Shown here: piece by piece, positions 8,399-15,676 of the stretch | Position numbering within the stretch: the stretch's first letter is position 1 | Layout: every line of letters starts with the position of its first letter | NCBI GenBank assembly: GCA_043803685.1 | Contig: JAZDJU010000122.1 | Span: 1 to 15,676 of the forward strand | From: Candidatus Omnitrophota bacterium | GTDB lineage: Bacteria > Omnitrophota > Omnitrophia > Omnitrophales > Aquincolibacteriaceae | DNA length: 15,676 nucleotides | Direction: 5' to 3' | Program-made: the position numbers and the translations under genes | Notes under the pieces: generated by a model | Told to the model about the DNA's origin: nothing | The model's input: the letters and a program-made list of their open reading frames with translations, nothing else | Database searches by the model: none

Positions 8399-8698
8399 TT
8401 ACTTTTTTTGCTTCTGGATCCCAGGTAAAGATCCTTCATCGATCGTCATCCTCGAATTGTCAAAACTGGGAAGCGCGATCGTCCCTTTGGGATGTGGGAC
8501 AGACGGCATTTTGGCGCCCCGGCCGAAAAGAGACGCCAAGGTAGCCTGGGCTTGCGACGCGGGAGCTTCTTGCCCATAGCCCTCAGAGTCGCTTCCCTGT
8601 TGGGCCATTACGCGAGAAGAGAACAAAGAGGAAAAAACGAGACAGCAAAAACTCAAACCGATCAGCCGCCTCAAACATCTTACATCCATAATCCTCAC
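8399..8698 (-). CDS. Small hypothetical protein with predicted Sec signal peptide (start may be ATG 8689)
   Basis: Basic N-terminus, hydrophobic LIGLSFCCLVFSSLF, VMA|QQ cleavage-like site, low-complexity mature part; 47 nt downstream of glgC on the same strand. Confidence 0.6.
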   Translation of the reverse strand: MRIMDVRCLRRLIGLSFCCLVFSSLFSSRVMAQQGSDSEGYGQEAPASQAQATLASLFGRGAKMPSVPHPKGTIALPSFDNSRMTIDEGSLPGIQKQKK

Positions 8699-8745
8699 CT
8701 AATCACTCTTGAATCCGGAAATGCTCCGGGCCGCTCTAAACAACA

Positions 8746-10008
8746 TTAAATCTTCGTCCCCGAAGGAATGTGAACACCCTTGGGAATGATCACGATCCCA
8801 TCACGGATATAATAATGATCGCCATCCTTTTCATCGACGGCCTTGGCGTTCGTAATGCTGACGCCGTCCCCGATCGACACGTTCTTGTCGATGATACAGT
8901 TCTCGATCACGCAGTTCTTTCCGACCCCGATCCGGTAGTCCTGGGATGGATCGGGCCATTCGTAATAGTCATTTCCCATGAGAATGCTTTTTTTGATCAC
9001 GGTCCCCGTCCCCACCACCGAACGCAAGCCCACGACCGAATGATGGATCTTGGCACCCGTCAAAAGACAACCCTCCGACATCATAACATGGTCTAACTCC
9101 GTACCGAGGATCTTGGAAGGCGGCAGGAACCTGGCGCGGGTGAAAATTCGTCCTTCTTGTGAAAGAAAGCTGAACGGCGGATTGGTATTCGTGAGTTCAA
9201 GGCTCGCCTCATAGAAACTCCCGATCGTCCCGATATCGCGCCAATAATCCGTGAACACGTGTCCGAAGACCTTGTAGTTCTTGATCGCCTTCGGAATGAT
9301 CTCTTTACCGAAATCCTTTTCGTTCCCGGAAAGCACATCCAAAAGAACGTCCCGGTTAAAAACATAGATCCCCATCGACGCGAGATACATGGGGCCCTTG
9401 GCCTTCACGCGATGAAGATCGCAAAGGGGTTTGGGCATCGCGTACGACTCCACATCATCGTTCTTGGTGGGCTTTTCAAGAAAATCCGTGATCTGGCCGT
9501 CTTTCTTGAGTTTCATAACGCCAAACCCTTTGACAAGACGCTCCGGCACGGGCACGGTCGCGACCGTTACGTCCGCCCGTTGCATTTCATGAAATCCCAG
9601 GATCTCCCTATAGTTCATCCGGTAAAGATGATCCCCGGAGAGGATCAGAAAAACATCCGTGGCCTCCGTATGGTAGTGCGGCAGGCATTTCCGGACCGCG
9701 TCCGCGGTCCCTTGGAACCAGTCCGTGTTCTCAGTCGTTTGCTCGGCCGCGAGAAGTTCCACGCTCGTTTTGGTGAACGCCTCGTAGGGATAAGTCCGGT
9801 GGATATGCCGGTGAAGCGAGGCGGAATTAAATTGCGTCAGAACGAAGATACGCCGGAGGGCCGAATTGATGGCATTCGAGATCGGGATATCCACCAAACG
9901 GTATTTACCGCCGATCGGGACGGCGGGTTTGGAACGATAACTCGTAAGCGGGAACAATCTCTTCCCCTGTCCACCGCCGAGGATCAGGGTCGTAACGCGC
10001 CGGCTCAT
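8746..10008 (-). CDS. glgC: Glucose-1-phosphate adenylyltransferase (ADP-glucose pyrophosphorylase)
   Basis: LGGGQGKRLFPLT..RSKPAVPIGGKYRL.DIP.SN, LTQFNSASL, WFQGTADAVR, LSGDHLYRMNY, FLEKP, ASMGIYVF, DFGKEIIP, YWRDIGTI, C-terminal beta-helix; start placed at ATG 10008 (AGGAG upstream, ATGA overlap with upstream stop) rather than GTG 10044. Confidence 0.97.
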   Translation of the reverse strand: MSRRVTTLILGGGQGKRLFPLTSYRSKPAVPIGGKYRLVDIPISNAINSALRRIFVLTQFNSASLHRHIHRTYPYEAFTKTSVELLAAEQTTENTDWFQGTADAVRKCLPHYHTEATDVFLILSGDHLYRMNYREILGFHEMQRADVTVATVPVPERLVKGFGVMKLKKDGQITDFLEKPTKNDDVESYAMPKPLCDLHRVKAKGPMYLASMGIYVFNRDVLLDVLSGNEKDFGKEIIPKAIKNYKVFGHVFTDYWRDIGTIGSFYEASLELTNTNPPFSFLSQEGRIFTRARFLPPSKILGTELDHVMMSEGCLLTGAKIHHSVVGLRSVVGTGTVIKKSILMGNDYYEWPDPSQDYRIGVGKNCVIENCIIDKNVSIGDGVSITNAKAVDEKDGDHYYIRDGIVIIPKGVHIPSGTKI

Positions 10009-10304
10009 ATCAGATTCGCTCCTAGGTTTTGGTATTGCTTCCACAGAGATTTACGAAAAGTGTCGTTCTCTTCCATTAAAACTTCAAGACGATCCCGCAA
10101 CTGGGCGATCAACCCCGCGCGCGACGCATGGCATTCATGGTTCACAAAAAGATCAATGCGACGGATATGCTCGTCGATCACCGCCATGTTCCTGCGGATC
10201 TGTTTTTTGACAATACGCACCTCTTCCGGCGTGAAAGCCGAAGCGTCCCAATTCAGCGCCTTGGTTTCTTTGACAGGAAGATCATGCCCCACATGAAAAA
10301 TCAT
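10005..10304 (-). CDS. Hypothetical 99-aa helical/coiled-coil protein
   Basis: Exactly fills the gap between the receiver gene and glgC with ATGA overlaps at both ends; amphipathic helices. Confidence 0.75.
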   Translation of the reverse strand: MIFHVGHDLPVKETKALNWDASAFTPEEVRIVKKQIRRNMAVIDEHIRRIDLFVNHECHASRAGLIAQLRDRLEVLMEENDTFRKSLWKQYQNLGANLI

Positions 10305-10702
10305 ACGGCATACCTCGCGATCAGGTCCGGCAATTCCCTACCGAACTCCGTTTTCATATAGACCCGTAAACAACCCGCCTTCTCGGCTTCAGGTTTTGTC
10401 GCCACTTTGGCCTGCGTCACGAATCCCACGACGGGTACACCCTTTAAATCGGCATTATGGTGCAACTCGTTGAGTACCCGAAAAGCCTCACCCTCACGTT
10501 TTTCAAAATCGAGGATCACCAGGAAAGGCTTTTCGACCAAGGCCTGCGCGATCAATCTCTCCGCATGATCAAAATTCCTTACCCCGACATGAAGCCCGGA
10601 AGCGCACTTGACGATCTGGGTGGCCGCGGCCATATCCGCCACAAGCGCATAAACGCTTCGCGCTGTCCGGATAACCCCCAACCCCATCGCCTCGCGACTC
10701 AT
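10301..10702 (-). CDS. Stand-alone response-regulator receiver (REC)-like protein
   Basis: VYALVAD (beta1), PFLVILD (phosphoacceptor position), VPVVGFVT, AEKAGC..VYMK; start placed at ATG 10702 (GGGGA upstream), avoiding overlap with the upstream gene. Confidence 0.75.
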   Translation of the reverse strand: MSREAMGLGVIRTARSVYALVADMAAATQIVKCASGLHVGVRNFDHAERLIAQALVEKPFLVILDFEKREGEAFRVLNELHHNADLKGVPVVGFVTQAKVATKPEAEKAGCLRVYMKTEFGRELPDLIARYAV

Positions 10703-10718
10703 AACGTTTCCCCGAAGC

Positions 10719-12050
10719 TTAACCTGTTTTCCCGGACGATTCAAGCACCCGTCCGCCTATTTTCCCGAGGATCGCGACTTTTTCTGCCGCGTCCTGCTGG
10801 AACGCTTGCGGCCCTTGAATCGCCCCCAACACCTGGATCGCCTCCTGCCATTTCTTTTCGCGGATCAACTCCAGGGCCGACTGATAGAGCGCAGAGGCTT
10901 TTTTCAAATAGGCCTCGGTTAATGGCTCGATCGTTTCTTTCTTTTCAACCAGGTCCTGTTGGAGTGGTTGGAGATCAGCCGTGGAAGAAGGACTCGGCGA
11001 CATCAGGTCCATCAGCGGCCGCTGAAGATCCGCGTCGATCGTACCGAAGGATGCCGGGTAAGTCGGAGGCGCTTCCTGCGGCACTCCATTCTTGCGCAAC
11101 GAATCGACCTCCCCAGCCAGCTGATCGATCGCGACGAGCGCCTCTTCCCATTTCTTTTGAACGATCAGCGCGGTAAGTTCCTGATACTTCACGCTCAAAG
11201 CTTGCTCCTTGAGTTTTTTGCCACGGTCCACAAGACTTTGATTCATAGCGCTCACTTTGGAAAGAGTATCGTTGATAAAAGGCCGAAGCATGGTAAGCGC
11301 CACAGCGCGGTGTTTTTTCAAATCCGTGGAATATAGCGGGAATGCCAGAGATCCGACCCAGAGGTTCCGGGCCGCCAGAGCGTCTCCCTTGGTGAACGCG
11401 TCCGCGGCTGCCAAATACTGGGTTTTGAACAGCTCCTCCAGTTTTTTCTTATAACTTCTCGCGAAAGGCATTTTATAGAACGCTTCCTGATCCGCGATCA
11501 TCTTTTGATATTGTTCAAGCGTCCACACGGGGGACGGCAATTTCTCGATCCACCCGGTCTGGAAAGAAACGGACTTCCTTAAGATCGCCTCTTCCCCGGG
11601 GTCCGGTGTGCGCTTTTTGGGGATCGATATTTCGCGGGAAAGGATGGCTTTCTCCTGTTGCGAAAGCAACGTCTCCGGATCGGCCACCTGTTTTTCGGGC
11701 TTCCGGGAATCGTCCGGCGGTTTGATCGAAAAGACCTTCCAGCTCTGCGCAGGAGAAGACTGGAACATCCGGTAAGCCTTATAGGCCAAGACGCCGGCCA
11801 CCGCCAGGGTCGCCACGATAAGTAGCACTCGCAGAAGATACTTCAAACTGCCGGCGACAACCTTGCGGTCGGGTGCGCGCGCAGTCGTTGGAGATGACTG
11901 GAAAATGCCCTTCTTTCCGGAAAGCAAAGCGTCTTCCCTTTTGACGGAGGAGCTCCAGAAACAACCAGGGCACTCCTTGGCTTCAGGCGTTTCCAGCTCG
12001 AATTTTTTCCCGCAGTGATTGCATACAAAGCGATAGGACATAGTGGGCAT
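10719..12050 (-). CDS. Hypothetical bitopic membrane protein: N-terminal zinc ribbon, one TM helix, large alpha-helical C-terminal region
   Basis: YRFVCNHCGKKFE...ECPGC, hydrophobic LLRVLLIVATLAVAGVLAY, TPR-like hairpins KKWEEAL and KKWQEAI. Confidence 0.85.
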   Translation of the reverse strand: MPTMSYRFVCNHCGKKFELETPEAKECPGCFWSSSVKREDALLSGKKGIFQSSPTTARAPDRKVVAGSLKYLLRVLLIVATLAVAGVLAYKAYRMFQSSPAQSWKVFSIKPPDDSRKPEKQVADPETLLSQQEKAILSREISIPKKRTPDPGEEAILRKSVSFQTGWIEKLPSPVWTLEQYQKMIADQEAFYKMPFARSYKKKLEELFKTQYLAAADAFTKGDALAARNLWVGSLAFPLYSTDLKKHRAVALTMLRPFINDTLSKVSAMNQSLVDRGKKLKEQALSVKYQELTALIVQKKWEEALVAIDQLAGEVDSLRKNGVPQEAPPTYPASFGTIDADLQRPLMDLMSPSPSSTADLQPLQQDLVEKKETIEPLTEAYLKKASALYQSALELIREKKWQEAIQVLGAIQGPQAFQQDAAEKVAILGKIGGRVLESSGKTG

Positions 12051-12083
12051 TATGGCTTTTTTTAGAGGAAATTCCAGAGAATC

Positions 12084-12350
12084 TTAAACGGAAACGGAGA
12101 CCGCGCGATGCGTCTGGACCCATTCTTCAAGGCGATCCAACGTTTTACCGCGAGAAAGTATGGGCCTTGCGCTCGAAAGATCCGGAACCTTTACTGCTGT
12201 CAGGAAGGCATGGTGCCATTCCGAAGGATCAAGGACTTGGGATGTGAAAGGGATCAAAGGAGCAAAAGAAGCTCCGAGAGAGAGCAGACTCCCAAAAATA
12301 ACCGCTCCCGAGAATGCCAACCGAAAAAGGTTTGACCGGAAAGTCCCCAT
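12084..12350 (-). CDS. Small hypothetical membrane-anchored/secreted protein
   Basis: 88-aa ORF with hydrophobic N-terminal segment, GAGGGCGGGA upstream of ATG, co-oriented 33 nt upstream of the 443-aa gene; no family recognised. Confidence 0.5.
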   Translation of the reverse strand: MGTFRSNLFRLAFSGAVIFGSLLSLGASFAPLIPFTSQVLDPSEWHHAFLTAVKVPDLSSARPILSRGKTLDRLEEWVQTHRAVSVSV

Positions 12351-12423
12351 GGTTTCCCGCCCTCAACATGAAAAGCGCGCCACGAACCTGAACCTGATCC
12401 CAGTACGCTTTGAGTATCGGTGG

Positions 12424-12451
12424 AAAGAGCCAAAGACTTAAGTCATGAGCT
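12424..12451 (+). repeat. Copy 2 of ~28-bp dispersed motif with GACTTAAGTC palindromic core
   Basis: AAAGAGCCAAAGACTTAAGTCATGAGCT; 13-bp exact inverted match (12433-12445 vs 8367-8379). Confidence 0.75.
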
Positions 12452-12512
12452 ACAAACATCCCAAATAGGGCTTATGCAGGAACCCAGGGAACAAACACTG
12501 ATTCCATGAGAC

Positions 12513-12549
12513 AAAAAAGGCGTGGAAGATATGCTGTCTTCCACGCCTT
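12513..12549 (-). terminator. Intrinsic terminator downstream of the DUF2582 gene
   Basis: Perfect 13-bp stem AAGGCGTGGAAGA/TCTTCCACGCCTT, 7-nt loop, running into a T6 tract on the minus strand. Confidence 0.9.
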
Positions 12550-12576
12550 AATAAGACCGCGTTTACTTCTAAAAAC

Positions 12577-12795
12577 CTAAGCCTTCAGAAGGGATACTTT
12601 AACGATCTTGCCGACCTTGCCGAAGTTGATATTGTTCTCGCGGGCAAGCCAACCGATAGCCTGATAAAAAAGGGCTTCGTCCGTCCCAACCTCTTTAAGG
12701 AGCCTCGCCAGGGTCATCTCCCCTTTTTGCTCCAGTGTTTTATAGATCTTGCCTGCCGTTTCCCCGATCCCGTAATACTGTTCCTGCATGTTCAT
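12577..12795 (-). CDS. Small winged helix-turn-helix protein (DUF2582 family)
   Basis: IGETAGKIY..L and AIGWLAREN.I signatures; SD GAGAGGGG. Confidence 0.88.
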   Translation of the reverse strand: MNMQEQYYGIGETAGKIYKTLEQKGEMTLARLLKEVGTDEALFYQAIGWLARENNINFGKVGKIVKVSLLKA

Positions 12796-12836
12796 TCCCT
12801 CTCTGATTTTGAAATGATATTAATGATGCTTTTCGC

Positions 12837-14414
12837 CTAAAAAACCTCGTGATCGACTTCCGGGAAAATATTGTTCTTACCCTCCAACTCCCTGAGCCAG
12901 CCTTCATCGAGACGGTTATTCATGATCTCTTCATAGATCCTCGTGAAATTCAGGAGGTGCTCCTTCGTGCGCTTCACGGCGTAAGGCACCACCGTGCCGG
13001 TATGCAGGATAAAGGCCCAATCGCTTGACTGCGCGAGATAAAGCTCGCGAGTCGCTTGTTTGAGCGCCCGGCCAACGGTCCCGTTCTGTCCCCTGAATTT
13101 TTCAGCCATCTCGCTCATGCGTAGTGATGCTTTATGAAGATGACGATAGATCCAGTCGTTGGAGTTGCACAACCAGGTCTCGCTGTACCCTTTCCAGCCC
13201 CAACTTGAAAAACACGGCGTGGAAACCTGATTGACAGGATATTCCTTAAAATAATCAGAGGGCGCGATCAAGCGGAACGTCTTTTGATCGAAGGCAGCCT
13301 TCCGCACAAAAAAGTTCAGGAATTCCGGTCCCTCATACCACCAGTGCCCGTAGAGCTCCGCGTCGTAGGGAGCCACGATCAGCGGCTTCCGGCCCATGAA
13401 GTCATGGAGATATTCCACCTGCTTCTCGCGATTGAACATGAAATTCGAAGCGTGACTCGCTGCCTTTTGCATGGCCCACTGGCGCACATACGGCTGTTTC
13501 GCATCGGTGCTTCCTGTGATGCGGTGGTACTTGATTCCGGTGTTGATGCGCAGACCGTCGGGAGAGATATAGGGACGGATATAATCGAAATCCAGCTCAA
13601 AACCGATGTCGCGATAGAACTCCCGGTAATCAGGATCGCCCGGATATCCTTCAATGGCCGACCAAACCTGTTTGGAAGATTCCACGTCACGCCCGAACGC
13701 AGCCACCCCGCTCGGACAAAAGATCGGCGCAAAAACCCCATACTTGGGACGGGGTGAGGCATGTAGCACGCCATGCGTATCGGTCAGAAAATAGCGGATC
13801 CCCTGCTCTTTCAAGTACTTGTCCACGCCCGGATAATAACCGCACTCGGGAAGCCAGATCCCGAGAGGGCGGCGACCGAGCACCTTTTCATAAAGATCCA
13901 CCGCGGTCTTGATCTGCCCGCGAACGGTCCCCTCATTGCGGCTGATCAGGGGCAAAAAACCGTGGGTTGCGGCGCAAGTGATGATCTCGAGATGCCCGTG
14001 ATCCTGGAATTTCCGGAAGGCCTGCGTGAGATCCTTGTGATAATGGTCCGCGAAAGTGTTCTTCGCGCGCGTAAATTCCCAATAATAATGGAGGGCAGTT
14101 TCGTGAAACTCGGGCTGAAAGCGCGTGCGCTCGATCTCTTTATTGGCCAACTCGATCAATTTATCCAGGTGCTTCAAGTAGCGATTCTGAAGGAGCTCAT
14201 CCCGAAGCATGGACATAAGCGAAGGGGTCAGCGACATCGTCAGCCGCCAGGGAACTCGATCCCGTTCCAGACCTTCGAACATATGGATGAGAGGAATGTA
14301 GGTCTCGGTGATGGCCTCGTAAAGCCAGGCCTCTTCCATGAAGTACTCGTGTTCAGGATGACGGATGAAGGGGAGATGCGCGTGGAGAACTAAGGAAAGA
14401 AAACCTTTTTCCAT
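12837..14414 (-). CDS. GH57 family 1,4-alpha-glucan branching enzyme (with DUF1957 C-terminal domain)
   Basis: LVLHAHLPF, EAITETYIPL, ATHGFLPL, GIWLPECGY (nucleophile Glu), GYPGDPDYREFYRD, PYDAELYGHWWYEGP (acid/base Asp), AQSSDWAF. Confidence 0.95.
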   Translation of the reverse strand: MEKGFLSLVLHAHLPFIRHPEHEYFMEEAWLYEAITETYIPLIHMFEGLERDRVPWRLTMSLTPSLMSMLRDELLQNRYLKHLDKLIELANKEIERTRFQPEFHETALHYYWEFTRAKNTFADHYHKDLTQAFRKFQDHGHLEIITCAATHGFLPLISRNEGTVRGQIKTAVDLYEKVLGRRPLGIWLPECGYYPGVDKYLKEQGIRYFLTDTHGVLHASPRPKYGVFAPIFCPSGVAAFGRDVESSKQVWSAIEGYPGDPDYREFYRDIGFELDFDYIRPYISPDGLRINTGIKYHRITGSTDAKQPYVRQWAMQKAASHASNFMFNREKQVEYLHDFMGRKPLIVAPYDAELYGHWWYEGPEFLNFFVRKAAFDQKTFRLIAPSDYFKEYPVNQVSTPCFSSWGWKGYSETWLCNSNDWIYRHLHKASLRMSEMAEKFRGQNGTVGRALKQATRELYLAQSSDWAFILHTGTVVPYAVKRTKEHLLNFTRIYEEIMNNRLDEGWLRELEGKNNIFPEVDHEVF

Positions 14415-14416
14415 CG

Positions 14417-15457
14417 CTAGGCGTGCTTTCCTGCCTTGAAGACAGGTGCGGGCCTTTCTGTCTTGCGGCTCACGATCGGAGTGATCACTCTTTCTTCGAT
14501 GCCATCCGCGGATTCGGCATGACAGTCAAAGATGAATTTTCCGTCGGGAAGTCCGTAACGAAACGTAAAGGTGCCGTCCGGCCGGAGCTGGACGGGTCTT
14601 CCCTGCATGGTGACTTTGGCGTCCGGTTCTGTGCCACCGTAGACAATAATCTCACATTCGAGCCAAAAACGAAAACCGCGCTCTTTGATCTTGACCGGAC
14701 TCGAGAGGCTAGAGACCGCGCCGGCCCCGGAACCCGAAGTGATCGCGTTCGCGAACCGTTCTTCCATGAGCTTGCGCAAGTCCGCAGAACTGGTGCCGAC
14801 CTGAAACCCTCCCGAGAGAGCGTACATCTTGTCAAAATCGACCGACATCCATTGTTCATCGATGATCTCAGACATTCCGGACCTGGGAGTGGTCACATGA
14901 TTGGAACGCGCGAGACAGATAAAACGGCCATCGCTATGCAGGAGACCGATCTCGACGAAATAGCTGTGGTTGGGCTGAGTATTGATGTACCAGCTCCGGA
15001 CCATATTCTGGAGCACGATATCAGAAAAAGAAGGGATCTTCTTCCCTTCAGAGGTGTCATAGATGCGGAGAACAGTCACTACGCTTTCCCAACTTCCGCC
15101 TAGCGTCGCAAGATTATGTTTCTGGTGGTCTTCCTGGATCTCCCAATAAGAATAAATCCAATACGGATCGCGAACGAGAAGGTAGATCTGATTGTCGCCA
15201 TAGTTGTCGGGAAGCTCACGCGACATTTCCTGACGCTGTGGAACTTCCATTTTAGGAGGAGCCACCCAAACCTCAGGGGGCAACGGAAGAATCTTCTTCT
15301 TTGAAAGGACCGAAGCAGATCGTTTGGTGACGGGGACCCGCTTAAGTTTTGTCGCGACCGATTTGGCCGCTGTTTTTTTGGAAGAGGTGGTACCTTGTGC
15401 CTTTGAGACAGGCTCTTTCTTGATCGTCCTGACTTTCTTATGACGCGCCAAGGCCAT
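14417..15457 (-). CDS. DUF4912 domain-containing protein
   Basis: ELP..YG...I.LLVRDPYW.Y.YWEI, LRIYD, WYI, Y.VEIG, ARSN...TP, C-terminal IVYGGTEPDA.VT..G..V.LRPDGTF; 2 nt upstream of the GH57 gene, a common pairing. Confidence 0.88.
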   Translation of the reverse strand: MALARHKKVRTIKKEPVSKAQGTTSSKKTAAKSVATKLKRVPVTKRSASVLSKKKILPLPPEVWVAPPKMEVPQRQEMSRELPDNYGDNQIYLLVRDPYWIYSYWEIQEDHQKHNLATLGGSWESVVTVLRIYDTSEGKKIPSFSDIVLQNMVRSWYINTQPNHSYFVEIGLLHSDGRFICLARSNHVTTPRSGMSEIIDEQWMSVDFDKMYALSGGFQVGTSSADLRKLMEERFANAITSGSGAGAVSSLSSPVKIKERGFRFWLECEIIVYGGTEPDAKVTMQGRPVQLRPDGTFTFRYGLPDGKFIFDCHAESADGIEERVITPIVSRKTERPAPVFKAGKHA

Positions 15458-15535
15458 CTGTCCGGTCCTTATTTAAGTCGTTCTTACTCAGGGAAACAAC
15501 AACCTACTCTTACGCGCTAGTCGATGTATAAAATA

Positions 15536-15580
15536 ATTATAAACCAGTAGAGATAAATATAGCGCTACAAACCCTGTCAA
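15536..15580 (-). promoter_or_regulatory. AT-rich promoter region for the DUF4912-GH57-DUF2582 unit
   Basis: Minus-strand TTGACA (15575-15580) and TATAAT (15536-15541) are both present but too far apart to be one promoter, so the exact promoter(s) are uncertain. Confidence 0.35.
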
Positions 15581-15676
15581 ACATTTGGTACGACCGGATG
15601 GGGAACGGCGTTAATATACCAAAAGAGAACCGATATGGCAACAAGCGAAATCAAAAAATGTAAAAAAATCTTTCCC

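Noticed and set aside
10009..10044. GTG start for glgC at 10044
   Set aside because: Would overlap the upstream gene by 40 nt; ATG 10008 has an SD and an ATGA overlap and precedes the conserved N-terminal motif
9259..10296. 345-aa plus-strand ORF
   Set aside because: Antisense to glgC and its upstream gene; no recognisable motifs
12229..12459. 76-aa minus-strand ORF
   Set aside because: Overlaps the better-placed 88-aa ORF in another frame and runs through the palindromic motif; no SD seen
13284..15304. Several ORFs overlapping the GH57 and DUF4912 genes
   Set aside because: Shadow or alternative frames of well-supported genes

Overview
Bacterial chromosomal window, roughly 50-55% GC in most genes. 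Gene content and style suggest a diderm PVC-superphylum organism such as Omnitrophota (inference only). The left half is housekeeping: rpsU (missed by the ORF track), then a minus-strand hisS-aspS-phoH-ybeY-recO run, with divergent comF-family and lone LptF/LptG-family genes. The right half is a minus-strand alpha-glucan/glycogen region: DUF4912 protein, GH57 branching enzyme and DUF2582 winged-helix protein, a terminator, then a second unit (small membrane ORF, 443-aa zinc-ribbon/TM/helical-repeat protein, stand-alone receiver domain, 99-aa helical ORF, glgC, small secreted ORF). No rRNA, tRNA, CRISPR array, transposase or integrase was seen. Main signals: (1) the ~4 kb glgC unit is bracketed by two inverted copies of a ~28-bp motif with a GACTTAAGTC palindromic core; (2) glgC appears translationally coupled to a receiver domain and an unknown protein downstream of an unknown membrane protein, a candidate uncharacterised regulatory module; (3) hisS is a GC/AT mosaic with a lengthened AT-rich C-terminus; (4) degenerate REP-like palindromes occur in three intergenic regions.
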